Positions 36,592 to 51,500 of a DNA stretch of 64,000 nt are shown here, piece by piece. The position numbers and the translations under genes are program-made. The stretch spans positions 182,094,001-182,158,000 of the forward strand of contig OX597814.1 in assembly GCA_951406725.2 (NCBI GenBank). Direction: 5' to 3'. A model generated the notes under the pieces. The model was not told where the DNA came from and did no database searches. It worked only from the letters and a program-made list of their open reading frames with translations. Position 1 is the stretch's first letter. Every line of letters begins with the position of its first letter. This DNA is from Octopus vulgaris. Lineage: Eukaryota.

Positions 36592-39500
36592 GAGCAAAAC
36601 GCCCCCCCCCGTCCAATGGACGGTGCTGAGTTGTCAAACATTTAAACCAAATTTTCTCAAAACTTGTCCGACCGTCCCATAGGCCTCCCCTTTGAGAAAC
36701 ACTGATATAATCTAAATTTGAGACATCAGCAAAAGAAGAAATAAAGACAGACTTTTTTTTTTTATTCCAAAGAATGCTTTATCGATCGCATTCTCGCCTG
36801 GAATTAATTTTTGTAATTCTTTCAAGACTTATACATGCCCTGATACCGTCGGTATCTACATATCAAATTTGAATGCAATCGGATGGAGGATGCCCGAGAT
36901 CCTAGAAGACACACACACAGAATGGATTTTATATAACAATGTGCTTCAGAAAACCTGTTCAGCCAAGTAAAATTAAGGCCATGCTCCCACACACAATTTA
37001 TCCTTGACAAACCTCTTCTATGGCCCATCTTCCCAACAACTCCCTCCCATCCACCACTCGTGTTGAGTACTCACAATATTCCCCTCCCCTCTATCTTCCA
37101 CCTGCACACTATGTCCTAAACAAATCTCTTCCCCATAACATCCTCCTAACTGCTCCCTCTAACCACTCACTACATTCTCCTCCCCTAGAATCTTCCACTT
37201 CTGTGATCTCATTGTGTCCAATCTCTGGTCTACTGTGTTATATATACACTTTCCTGTAACTTGGGTGTACTCCCTCTCACATATTTACCATCTCATCTGT
37301 CTCCAACTGAGACAGTCTCTACTGCAAGGCACCTATTTCTTCACTGCTGCTGGTGCTACGTAAAAAGTACCCAGTACACTCTGTAAAGTGGTTGGTGTTA
37401 GAAAGGGCATCCAGCTGTAAAAATCATGCCAAAGAAGGCAGAGCTTGGCACAGTCTTCTGACTTACCAGCTCCTGTCAAACCATCTAATCCATGCCAGCA
37501 TCAAAGGAAGATGTAAAATGATCTTATAATCCCTTGTATGAATTTTCAAATATGAAACTCATCTCTATAGTTTACAGATACACCTTTTTTAAATAACGTA
37601 AAGTATAATAGCCATCTCAGTATGGTTAACCACTAAGGATGGGTAGAGATTTATTATTCCTTTTTAAATAGTAATTCATGAATAGTCTGTCTCATTTTTG
37701 ACTCCTTTCTAAGTATAAACCCACAATGAACCTGCAAAATGCATTTAAGGTAATTTTAGAAAAAGACTTTAATATGCAAAATATTACTAACACAAATTCA
37801 TTATACAAATAGTTTTTCTGAAATATAGCTATATCACACAACTTATTCTGGATTTAAGAATACTGGTCTCTATTACCAGCATAGGGTCACAAATTTATAA
37901 GAAGAAGGGTATAATCAATTGAACAGACTCAGTATATTACTAGTACTTATTCAACTAGCTGTGGTAAAGAACAATAAACTTGAACCAGGACTGTAAAGGG
38001 ATGTAACTAAATACCATTAGTTTATTACTCTACCAATTCAACCACTTCAATACCTTTGAATTTAAGAGTGCTGCACAACTTATATTCTCTAACTCTAATA
38101 TACTAACCGGAATGTTGATGTCGTTGGCTCTTTCTTCATGACTTCAACTATTTTCGTCAGCAATCCTTTGCTCCCTCTACACATCAGCTGCCTGGAAAGA
38201 CAAAGAGTTAGACACCACATCATAGATATAGAAAACTGAAAAAGTTAAGCAGTACAACATTTACTTTCAGAACAAGGACATGGTATTAGACTTACTTGTT
38301 TAAATAATCAAGATTTTGTAATGCCAATGGACCAGCATGAGCTGAAAAATAAAGTTATCAGTTAATGTCATCTGAATTTGATGTTTTAAAATTATCATCT
38401 TAATGATTTTACATGTTTTCTAATAGATTATAGAAATTTGGATATACACGCAAATATAAGTCGGAATGACGCTATGTTCAGAAATTAGACAAGTACATAC
38501 ATAAATCTACCATGTGCAAACAGGCATGATGTTGTTGTCATTGTCATCGTTTAACATCTGCTTTCCATGCTGGCATGGGTTGGACGGTTTGACTGAAGAA
38601 GGGTGAGTGAGAAGGCTGCACCAAGCTCAATCTGATCATTTGCAACATAAAAACTGCAGATGTGAACATCCTTTCCAAAATCAACAAGGAAAGTATGGAC
38701 AACTGCTTTAAAATCTGCTGCTCCTCTACCTTGATCATAAATTCACATATCAATAATTATTGGTGGATTTAGTTATGCTAATGAATGTTTGGCAATTTGG
38801 AAGAGTTAGGATTGTCAGACAAAGAGACCAATTAATATGCAAAACTTTTAAGTTCTACATGTAACACCTGTTATCCAAATTTCAGAGATGGTTCTTTGTT
38901 AGAACCAGCTCCTTCCATGCAGAAAGAATTCTAATAAAACAAGAACAAAAAACAAAATATATATTTGTTTGATGCTGACGATTCGTCTGTCACCCGAACC
39001 AATGCACTTGGAATAGAGATGGAGTGAACCATTAGCCCCAAAACAAACACTGCTTTTATGTATTGAGTACTTTTTTCATTTATTTCTACACCCAAATACA
39101 TACAAGACAAGAAGACAGAGAACAACAAAAATTCTGTAGAGAATTGGATAGATTCACGCTCAGTATGCCACAGTGAAAATAGAATAATGCTAAATGTTTG
39201 TTATACATGGAGTTTCATTCATTGATAGTGAAACATGAGCTGACTGCTACACTGTACCCAACACCCCTAAACATTGTAATAGTATGATTTCACCACCCTG
39301 GGTGAGTACTTTTCTTTTTATTGACCCTGAAAGGATGAAAGGAAAAGCTGACTTTAGTGAGATTTGAACTGAAAGAGCAGAGACTTGGAACAAATACCAC
39401 AGTATTCTCTCCAACATTCTAATGATTGCCTTCTAAGAAACAATATGGAGGCCAACAAATCATGGATTTCAGACCTGCCATAGTTACAGTATTGTCTATA

Positions 39501-42500
39501 GATAAAATAGGAACTGAATAATTAAAAGTGCTAGACCTCTGACAAATGTCATAAGCATTATACCATCAAGCCGGAAATATCATGTAGCCTTCACCTGCCT
39601 ATATGGAAACAAAAAATTGATAAAGAACAGTAGAAAGTCCATTTGTTTTACAAAAGAAAAAAAAAAGAATTTTACCATTAATGTTCTTGATTTCATTCAG
39701 TTCATTTCTAGATAACAATAGATGCTTGTAACTGAAAAAAGAGAAAATGTGGATGAAGAAATTTATTTTTATTGAGGAAAGAGATTTTGGTGAGAAGTAG
39801 TGCTGAGTAATTGGGGGAATGGAGATCAGTGCTTCAGGCCTATGTATACAAATTTTATTACAGGCAACCAATGCTAAAAGTCATACCTAAAAGTGCTTAG
39901 TGGTTACTCAGTAGATGCAACATCTATAGGATTCTTAAGAAAGAAAAACACTGAATTGTATGTAGGTTTCCTTTTCTAGGCTCCAAAGATGTTCAACACT
40001 TAATTATGTAATGCTTGCATATGCTTCTATCAGAAAGATAGCCCTACCCCATAAAACCTTTTGACAGTTAGGTGACTTTAACATGTTAAAATGTCTGTCA
40101 CAGACAGGGTACTGTGCTAGTGATGGATTGTTGTTTGTTCCTTCTTGAGCTATACCTGGCTCATAAGGGCCGGTTTCCTAGTTTCCTTGGTGCATAGGTT
40201 CCCCACCTGGACAGGACGCCAGTCCGTCGCAGGTGAGCTGTAAGATGCAGGAGGAAAGAGTGAGAGAAAGTTGTGGCAAAAGAGTCAGCAGAAGTTCACC
40301 ATTACCTTCTGCTGGAGCCGGGTGGAGCTTAGGTGTTTTGCTCATAAACACACATCGCCTGGTCTGAGATTCAAATCCGTGATCCCTTGACCACGAGTCC
40401 GCTGCTCTAACCACTAGGCCATGTGCCACCACTACAAGTTCAACACCCAAGTTAGCTACAAGTTCAACACCCTATTAACTTCAGTTGTATTTAGGGTCAG
40501 ACATACATTTACAATAAAATAAGATTGCATCACAATAATTAACCTTCCACTTTGGGATGACAAAATGCTTCAGCTTTAACAAATTCTAGCCCTTTAAAAA
40601 AAGCTCAAATGAGACTCACAACAGAATGCTGCTCTCACCTTTGGGATGGTGCTATTGCTGCACACAAAGACATCCTAGACTATAAAAATAGGAAAATTCC
40701 CACACAACTAATTGCACAAAGTTCACTCTTTGCCTTTTCTATTGCTATTGTAATTGCCTGCTCCTCAGAGCTAGCAGGTCTTGTGCTCTTACCATTCAGA
40801 TACTCCTAGCTAACCCTGTCCATATTGTGCTCCTCCTTTGACTCCACATTAATCATTATGCCCAGTCTTTCCTTCCCAGAACACCCATCCTCTGATCCTG
40901 CAACTGTACAATTTTACCAGCCCTGTGAAGGTCATTTGTACAGACCCTTCACCTTTTGTCCAGACAAGACCAATAAATTAAAAGGAAAAAAAGAAAAAAC
41001 AAAACTACACTTACTCTGAATGATCACAAAAACTATGAACAAGTCGAAGGAACTGGATTTTTAAAGCAACTTCCTATTAAAGGATGAATAAAAAGAATGT
41101 TATATATATATTATAAAAATACAAATTTTGAAAAAATATACTAGGATTGATATTAAAATATATTACATTTGATATTAATATCAAATTAAGTTGGAGAAAT
41201 AAGGCATTAAAATGATTAAAACCATCATCCTTCACAAATTGGTTTTATGCTAGAGTTCTAAAAGGATGGAAATATTTAAATATTTTCAAAATTAATGATA
41301 GATCCTGGCATCATATTTTGACAAATAACTTAGTACTTTTTCACTGTAACTTCTCAAAACCAAACTAATATGATATCATGGTGAACTAAGTTCCATAAAC
41401 AGCCAATGCATTACCTCTGTATCAACATGTTTCAAGAAGCAACAAGTGTATCAAAGTGTTGACAAATATAAAAAAATAATTCTATGGTAATAGAGTAGTA
41501 AAAATTTTGTATGTATTTTTCTAATGGTTTGGCTATGACTAAAGTTTTTGCAGACTTTCCAAAATAGGCAAGGAGGTAAGGCTGATATGTTCTGGATTGA
41601 GGAAGACTGCAGATTTATGGGTAGGGAAAGAATTCAAAAGGGCCAGTATTCTGAGAAAGAATTTGGCATAGCAGGCAATGCAAAAGTTGTAGGGGTAGGG
41701 TGTAACAGATACAATATGAGTGATGAGAGAGACATGCGAGTCAGGAGGACCAGAGTGAAAGTGGCCCAAGAACTCCACTTTAAGGAGCAGAGTCTATTGT
41801 AGTAGTGAAAGGAAAAAAAAAAAACCAGGAAAAACTAGCAATAAACCAATACTTACTGGACTACATTCACAGCTTGAATTGTGTCCAATTAGCCGGTGAC
41901 GTACTCCATGTCGTGTTCTAAATGAAATATAACAATATTCTATTTATTATTATATTTTAATCCACTGACAGTAAACATTTATCTCTTAACCCTCAGGAGA
42001 CAACAGAAGTCAAATGATGAAGATTGTATTAATTCATTCAGTTTCCTACAAGAATATATAGTTTTATATATGTAATTATTTTATAAATTTTTTGAAAAAT
42101 AAGTGCATGCCCTCTCTAGGGCTTGTGAAAAGGGCTCTATCTTCTTGGCACTGAAACTCCAAATGTGGCTTTGTCTCCAAAGGGTTCAATAATATACAAA
42201 ACAGGTCAGAACAACACAGTTCAGTTTTTCGTTTCCACCATGTGTATATGAAGGGGTGATGGGAGAGAGAATGCAAAATGGATAAAGGGAATGACGAATA
42301 AGAAATGTTTGGAATGGAACACACTAATGATATAGAAATAAAGAAAATAATATAATTGAGAGATATTCTAACAACTTACACTTGACATTTCCATATAAAT
42401 TGATCAAAAAGTTCACTTAATCCAGGAGCTAGCTTTAATTCAGCTAATTTTCTCTGCACCTGGAAGAAAAATCAAAATATACATAAGGGAATGAAAAAGG

Positions 42501-45500
42501 ATTATTTGATGGAGGCTTCAAAAATGTCAGATTGAATGATAATGGAATATGAATAACAATATGAATATAGGCGCGGGAGTGGCTGTGTGGTAAGTAGCTT
42601 GCTTACCAACCACATGGTTCTGGGTTCAGTTCCAATGTGTGGTACCTTGGGCAAGTGTCTTCTACTATAGCCTCGGGCTGACCAAAGCCTTGTGAGTGGA
42701 TTTGGTAGACGGAAACTGAAAGAAGCCTGTCATATATATGTGTGCGTTTGTGTTTGTCCCCCAAGCATCGTTTGACAACCGAAGCTGGTGTGTTTACATC
42801 CCCGTAACTTAGCGGTTCGGCAAAAGAGACCGATAGAATAAGTACCAGGCTTACAAAGAATAAGTCCCGGGGTTGATTTATTTGACTAAAGGTGGTGCTC
42901 CAGCATGGCCATAGTCAAATGACTGTAACAAGTAAAAGAGTAATGAAAATAGAGAATCTGAAGTTTAATGGAATGAATTCAGTGTAGTGATTATAAGTTG
43001 GTAAAAGATAGTACAAAACTAAAAATAATTAAAATACAGTCATTAGATTTGGATTTAAATTGAGGGAGAAGTTTAGGAAATGGAAGGAAGTGTTTGAAAG
43101 CAAGGGTTTAAAGGTAAACCTCGGGAAGACAAAGGTGATGGTGAGCGGGGTGGAAGGAAAAGTGTTAGTAAGGTAGATCCATGTGGTGTGTGTGTGAGAA
43201 GGGTAATGGCAAATGTGGTGTTGTGTATGAAATGTGAGAAATAGATTTATGGTAGATGTACGTAAATGAAGATGACCCAAAGACTGGCAAGAGATTTTAT
43301 TTGTGGAAGATGTGAGAAAGAAGCTGGAGGGGTGGTGGAACCAGTGGAAATGCTATGTGATGAGATGGAAACGGTGAGGGTTTTGTTATTTGGTAGATAG
43401 GGTGGATGTAAGAGGTGGATTTGAAGCAGCTGTGACAGGAACGAGACTTGGCTGGGTGAAGTTCAGGGAATGTGGAGTGTTATTATATGAAGATGAAAGG
43501 AAGGGTTTATCGGAGTTGCACGAGATCTGCAATGATGTATGGGAGTGAGACATGGTGTATGAGGGAAAGTGAAATGGCAATTTCGAGAAGGACAAAGAGA
43601 GCAATGTGTGGTGTGAAACTATTGGATAAAAGGAGGGTTGAGGACTTGATGGGGATGCTGGGGTTGGAGGAATCAGTGGAACAGTTAGCAAGGGCAAATG
43701 GAGTGCGGTGGTATGGACATGTGTTGAGGAGGGATGAGGATCATGTTCTGAGGAAAGTGTTTGAGGTTAAAGTGAATGAACTGTGAAAGCAAGGTCGAAA
43801 AAAGAACACATGGAGGGAACAGGTGAAGGAGGAGATTGGGAGGGTTGGCTTGAGGAGGGAGGATGCCCAAAACTGGGCGAGATGGTGTGAAAGCAGTTAT
43901 CGTAAGAGTGAGGTAGATCTGGCCACCCCTGTTAACTGGGACAAACCTGGATTTAAAATATTGGAATTTATTCATTGAGACATATTGAAAGTATTGCAAA
44001 CTCGTTCTATTCATAAAAGATCAAAAAATTTGATGATGATTGTTACAACTTTAACCAGAAAATATTTTTGTTAAAAGATCGACCAGAGCTGTTTTCAAAC
44101 AAGCAGATTTCCAAGGTACTATTATATTCCTTTGCTAATATATGGGGACAAAAACCTATATAAGCTGTCAATTATACCTAATCCTAAGCACAAATATTAC
44201 ATAACCAGGACAATAATCTCATGGAGGGGGTTGCATCAAAAACTGTATCCAACTATAATACATTACTACTCAACATCATCCTCATCATTTAACGTCCGCT
44301 TTCCATGCTAGCATGGGTTGGACGATTTGACTGAGGACTGGCGAACCAGATGGCTATGCGAGGCTCCAGTCTAATCTGACAGAGTTTCTACAGCTGGATG
44401 CCCTTCCTAATGCCAACCACTCCGAGAATGTAGTGGGTGCTTTTATGTGCCACTGGCACAAGGGCCAGTCTGGCGGTACTGGTAACAACCACACTCAAAA
44501 TGGTGTTTTTACGTGCCACCTGCACAGTAGTCAGTCCAGCAGCACTGTCAATGACCTCGCTCGAATGTTTTGTTCACGTGCCAGTAAGGCAATGTGAACA
44601 CATTGGATGAAAATACGAAACCTTGCAAATCTTTAGACCACAGATCAAAGAATCCTTTTTAGTGTCTTCAATATACATGCTTGAACATAAAATTTAAACA
44701 TTTTTGCATAATTGCTATAAACACCACACATGCAACTTACTTTTTTCCGATGTTTACCCAGTAAGAATAAGCCAAGAACATAAACAACTTCCACTCGCTG
44801 TGCAAGATCTTCTGTTATTCGTAAACCTTGCTGAGTTTTTAAAGAGGAACCTCGTGCAGTAGCAACAGAAATTCCTGCAAAGATAAAAATGAAAATAAGA
44901 AATACAAAAGACAATGAAATAAGTACTATACTGTGTTAGCTCTAAATACTGAAATTATAAATCACACACTCAATTTTTCCTTTCTTTGCAAAGAACCATC
45001 ATTAAATTAGGAAACCGTCAGGAAGATTGCCCAGATCTTTTAGTCATCAAAATGTATGTCTTATCCTACAACTGCCAGCAGATTGCTTTTAACAAAAGAT
45101 TTCAGAAATAAAAATACTACAGAAAAGATCTGTTAATGTAAAATAATTTGGTGAAGATCATCGATTGAGCTGACCTATGGTAAAACATTCCAACCAATAC
45201 ACACACACAAACACACGCACGGAACTGATAGAATTGTTAATACACCAGAAAAAATGCTTAGAGGCATTTCTTCCAGCTTTACATCCTGAGTTCAGATGCT
45301 GCAGAAGTTGACTTTGTCTTTCATCCTTTCGGGGTTGATTAAATAACCAGTTGTGCACTACAGTTGGTGTAATTGACAAAACTTTCCCATAAAATTTCAA
45401 GAATTGTGCCTACAGCAGAAAAGACACACACACACACACACAAGATCACATTATTCAATGTGCCCCCTTCTGAGATGATATTGAAGTGATATGAGAGGGT

Positions 45501-48500
45501 GTTAAAGAAGTTGACAATTGTCAGGAAGACAAAGTGTTTAAGAATATGAAGACAGAGAAGGCACTTGGTCCATCAGGAATTACTGCCAAAATGCTTAAAA
45601 TGTCTGGTGGAGTAGGGCATGGGTTAGTTATCCACTCTCTAACATCTTAAACTTGCTCCCTTCACCTACTTATCTTGATTTTTTTTATTCTTCTCACAAT
45701 AAAAGATACCATCAATTTACTTCTAGCCATGAAATATATTATTTAGATCAATATGAGGAATTTTATAATTCTTGACAAAATCAAAATAACTATTAATAAT
45801 CAACGTACCACCAACAAAATCTTCAAATTCATCAGTATTTGCATCTTCTGATAAGTCATCATCATCCATTTGGTTTTCTATCCATTCCATCCAACAATCT
45901 AATTCACTTACAAAACCTGGAAATCTTGGTGTATCTAAAAATGACAAAAACAAAACAGTATTAAATCATTTAAATTAAGAAAAAAAAAATTAAAAAGCAT
46001 TATATACACACACATACTTTTTCTAATGTTTATAAGGAGTTGAATTTTATTCTGTATTTTTAAATGCATATCTCAGACAACTTTTCATAGTGATTCTTTT
46101 ACTCTGTTAGAACCTGTGTCAATTGTACAAATTCATACAAGAAGAGTTAAGTACCTTGCTTCAGAGCACAGAGACAATGATTGTAGAAGTTTAAAATCTT
46201 GTAATCCATAACCTCACACTGCTGCACAAATTACTAATATTAATGATTGTGAGATTTGCAGAGATTAAACAGTTTAAATTTGACCAGTAAATCATGGGAC
46301 CAACAAAATTTGCAGCAATTTCCTATCCTATGACAGCACTGAACAATAGTCCATCCCCTCCTCACTGTGGTGGGGACGCTGGCAACGGGTAGTGTCAGAG
46401 CTACGTGGTCAGGAACTTCGGTTCCTGGTGGGGCCACTCGAAGCGGATTGGTCTGACACTGAGTGGTATTAGGGCCACAAATCCTGGTGAAAATCCTCGG
46501 AGTGTCTGTTTCGGCAACCGGTGGCTCCTCGGTCATTCTGTCCCTGCGTCTGCGGACAATCTACGGCAAACAGGATGTCTCTACATGCGGGATTGTTGGG
46601 GACCGCTTGTGAAATTCATATTCCCACGAAACTTCTTCCACCGCCATGATTTGAGATGCCTCGAGAGTGGTAGAAGAAGCCAACTCAACCCACCCAGGGT
46701 GAATGTCGCCACAAGTACAAGTAAGTAAGTACTGAACAATAAATATGAACAAAATTAGATTACAACAAATAACCTGTATGGAAACAAAATTTTTTTTATA
46801 CTTACAATCTTTTGCTTTTGAAACTGTGATATTAACCAATCTTGGCAGTAATTCTGGTATTCCTAAAAGAAGTTCTGAAACAATACAAATATAGATCTTC
46901 TAGTCTATAACTGCGATGTGCATTATTGGTTAATGCTTACATGAATTTTATGTTAATATTCATTTAGATTTATTTAGACAATACAAACATTCCATTAATA
47001 ATATTCATTATGTACACTAATACATATAGAACATGAGGCTATGTAATGTTCATGGCTTTCTCAAAAGCATTCATGGTGTACAGAATTGATTTCAGTCAGA
47101 AACTAAATTAAATGGGAACTAAGCTTTGTTCAACAGTTATCGGCTGGTGTTAGACACACGACCAATTTTTTGTAAGGTGAGAAACAATTGAATGAAACTT
47201 TTCAGTATGCTACTGATTGATATTTATGTTGTTAATTCTAGAAAAATGAAATACTGTCTACCCTGGCAGGATTTGAACTCAAAATATAAAGGAATGAAGG
47301 TTAAATGTTGTGAAGCAATAAATTTGACATTCTATCGCTTCTGTCAACTTCATTCCATAAAAATATCAATTTCTAACATGTAAAAAGCACCCACTACACT
47401 CTCAGAGTGGTTGGCATTAGAAAGGGCATCCAGCTGTAGAAACTCTGTCAGATCAAGATTGGAGCCTGGTGCAGCCATCTGGTTCACCAGCCCTCAGTCA
47501 AAATCATCCAACCCATGCTAGCATGGAAAGCGGACGTTAAACGATGATGATAAGATTAGGTTTTGTAGGACAGTACAGTTCATAAAGATGGATCCCAGTT
47601 CCTGACTCGTACTTATTGATTATGAAAGGAAGACAAAGCTCATCTTCACAGGATCCAAAATTATAACAAAGAAATTTATCTCAATACCACATGTATTTTG
47701 TCTGATGCTTTACCAACCAATTCCTCATCATAATAAATCTGACAAAACATACTGGGCCAGCTATGCTTTGATGGGACAATGTTGCAGTATTCTGATGCAG
47801 AGGGTACAATGTAGAAGTTTGAACATTTAATCTGGTTTTTTAATTTTTTTCTGGGTTTTTTTCTGGCATTGAACTGTGACCATGGTAGGGAACTATTTTC
47901 CAAAATAGAGTTTATTATATTATCATCATCATCATTTAATGTCTGTTCTCCATGCTAGCATGGGTTGGACGGTTCGACCACAGAAGGCTGCACCAGGCTC
48001 CAGTCTGATCTGGCAGTGTTTCTACAGCTGGATGCCCTTCCTTACGCCAATCACTCAGTGAGTGTAGTGGGTGCTTTTTACGTGCCACCAACCTCATAAA
48101 GATGAAAGACAAAGCATACCCAGCTGGGATTTGAGCTCAGGACACAACAGAATCTAATCAAATACCATGTACTATTTGACAGATGTTCAACCATTTGATT
48201 CTGAATGTTTAGAGGTGTTAGAACCAATTGTAACAAGATGGATTTTATATGTTTAGAGATATTAGTAATGATTGTAATAAGCTGTGATTCCCTCTGTTTT
48301 TATCATATGATTGATTGCAGTTGAATTTAGATGTAGAGACACATGGTATAGCTTTGTGTGCGTTTGGTGTACAAGCATGTGCGTATGTATGCTTTATGTG
48401 ATATTAGCAATGACATCTAACTGCACAGAACACACACCAAAAGTTCATAACTTTGAACATACAAATCCTCAAGTTCTATAGAGAGTGGGGATCAATGTAG

Positions 48501-51500
48501 TTTTAATTTATCAAGAGATAAATACAATTTCTATATATTTTATAAAAAGGAGATGGGGAAAGGTTTTCTGCAGTAAAAAAGAAATAAAAACCAAAATACT
48601 GAAATTTATCAATTCATACTCTAGTCTGGCTCGAATATAAAACGAAAAAAGTTATTCAAACTTTTGGCAGTTTCTTTAATATCATTTTTGTCTGCTTTTT
48701 TCTATGCGTGCATGAATTGGACAAGACATGAATAATAAAACAGAGAAGCTAAAATTAATAATTACTCAGAGTAAATTATAATAAAGCAGACAAACCTTGA
48801 TTGACATCCCTAATATTCACAAAACCATTACTTCGCTTTTGTTTATTCTGTGCAAATACTGAAATAGAGACAGTAGAAACAACTTTGAAACGGAATGTGT
48901 AGAAATATTTACTGAGAAATGATTAGGACAAATATTGTTTGTTCCTTCTCGAGCCACGCTTGGCTCATAAGGGCCAGTTTCCTGGTTTCCTTGGTGTATA
49001 GGTTCCCTACCTGGACAGGACGCCGGTCCATCGCAGGTGAGCTGCTAGATGCAGGAGGAAAGAGGGAGAGAAAGTTGTGGCAAAAGAGTCAGTAGAAGTT
49101 CGCCATTACCTTCTGCTAGAGCCACGTGGAGCTTAGTTGTTTCACTCATAAACACACACATTGCCCGGTCTGAGATTCGAACCCGCAATCTTTTGACCGC
49201 GAGTCCGCTGCTCTAACCACTAGGCCATGTGCCTCCACAGGGCAAATATTGTCCTAAAGTAAATCTGCCATAAAATATGCAATCCAAACTTAGATATGCA
49301 AATGGCAGGACATAAACTTCACTAAATATTATGTATTCAAAAATTTCATTCATCAAAATTATCACAAATTTTTGTTGTCGTCTCACCTCAGTTCAGCTCT
49401 AATCAATCAGATCTGTTATTAAAAATGTTTGAGTCATGGCCATTTCATATTAATTCCAGACAGTGTATTTAAGTTACCTTATCCAGTGTGTGTTTAAAGA
49501 TAGAACATGATTTGGCTAACAAGCTGAGCAACCAAGCAGAAGCTCCCTGATTGGCTCATATCAATTTGTACACATATCACTAGCACAGACAAAAGGTGGA
49601 TAAATTTTAATAAAACAAGTAAAAATCTCACCTGTGGCCCATATGATACACAAATACAGCCAAATTTTTAGGGACAAGGGTTACAGCTGTAACTTAACCT
49701 TGGAGAAATGAAAGACAAGGCCATCTCAGAATGTAAAGACGGGATTTAAGATTATAGGACCTTTAGTCTAGTTCACAAAATGCCATTAATACTTACATGA
49801 AGATTTATTTTCATAAATATCTAAATCAGATATAGTAATTGCAAGAATTCGGCAGAAGTTGGCCAACTCCCCATCACTTAGACAAGATATTAGACCTGGC
49901 AAATTATCTGAAATATAGAAAATAACCAACAGATACTAAAATTGTACCAGAATATGATTGTTGAAACTTAAAGTAATTTCTAACTGAATGCTATAGATAG
50001 AAAAATTAACTGACTCAATGTATTACAGTAAGGGCCAAAAGTTAAGCAATGTATGTTTATATACTAATTTACAGGTCACAGAAATAGTCTGAAAAATCTT
50101 TATAGTAAGCATATGTAACCTTTTTTGCAAAGCAGACTGCATGAGACAGAACTCACTATCAGTAGATCTGAATTGACCCATATGATAGTCATTCAATAAA
50201 TACTTGCTTTATCACCTCATTCTATCAACTATTTAATAAGAAAAAGAAATAATTTAATTCATAACTAGAAAATGAATGTTCTTAAATCAGCTTCTCTTTA
50301 ATTTTATGCATTCCAGAACAAATGGTGTTTGCTATCAAGGTAAAACAATATTTTTACTATTTCATGTGAGTTATCATAAAAACCTTTAAAGCATTCTAGC
50401 CTGGGTTGATCAGACAATCACTTGTCTTAGTGCATAGATATTAAAGTCGTTAATCTATATTGTGAATAAATAATGCTCAATGCACACCAACAGATGAAAT
50501 TTTTTCTTTGAGCAAAAGATGAATCAGGAACTGTTAAATATTTAAATGCAACAAAAATGGTCAAAATACTTCAGCAAAACTAATAATAAAAGTTAAGCAT
50601 TTCAAAAACTTACGTATTTTATGTAAATCCAAAACTTCCTGCCTCATCTGCAACATATCCTCAAGCAACTGACAAGCTGCTATAAATGTTTTCTTTTGGG
50701 CTAACAGTGTAAAAATATAGTTCAAGATATCATCTTTTGAAAGCACTCTTGATATTACTCTTTCCCCTTTTGGCTATAAAATACAAGAAACATAGAAACC
50801 TTGAGAAAATAAATCTATTTTTATGTTATCTTCAATACACAATTTGAATAAGAAATACTGTTTTTATCTCGCTTACATTACACACACACACACACATACA
50901 TACACATAAGATTAATACTCTATTTTAATTATGCAAGCTTAATAAATAAAACTGCTTGATATTCAAGAGAAAATATGTGAATTAAGATAGTCACTCTTTT
51001 TACTAAGTGAAGTGATATAAGAATTAATCATGAATAATTAATTCTATAAACTCATCAGTAGAAAAATTTGCTTTATACATTACAGTACTCAGTATGTATT
51101 AACTAGAAAAATGAAAAAAACATAATTAAAATTAATTAATAAGAGTCACATTTCTTAATCTAGTCCTCAGTAAATTGCTTTCATCACTAACAGAGTGGGC
51201 TTGAATAATTCATCTAGAGGAATTCCTGTAGCCATTGAAAATTTCAATTAGTCAAAAAGAAAAAAATATATTACACATAAGTATACTTACAGTTGAGATA
51301 ATTTTAATTAAAATTTCTAGACACAAACTCTTTGCTCGTAACACATGCTCTGAATCTGAAAAAGAATCTTATAATTAATTATCTATTATAATTTTATAGT
51401 TATGTATATCCTCTGACGAGGCCTTTGGTTATTTAAACGGACAAATATGACTTTAATGCCGAAGTCAATACTACAATGGCATATATGGGCAATTTAAGTT

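Noticed and set aside
38931-39135. 65-aa minus-strand ORF as a TRPC4AP exon
   Set aside because: No TRPC4AP similarity and it ends in a stop; the 46-nt exon at 38296-38341 already bridges the frame
46349-46395. HDV-like ribozyme at the element 5' end (CTCCTCACTG...TGGCAAC)
   Set aside because: Could not build P1/P2/P3 by eye; left as an untested possibility
49170-49238. tRNA gene
   Set aside because: The tRNA-like head continues into a SINE body flanked by a TSD; no proper acceptor stem or Pol III terminator
49680-49693. 14-bp palindrome GTTACAGCTGTAAC
   Set aside because: Isolated, lacks the other hammerhead elements; compatible with chance or repeat decay
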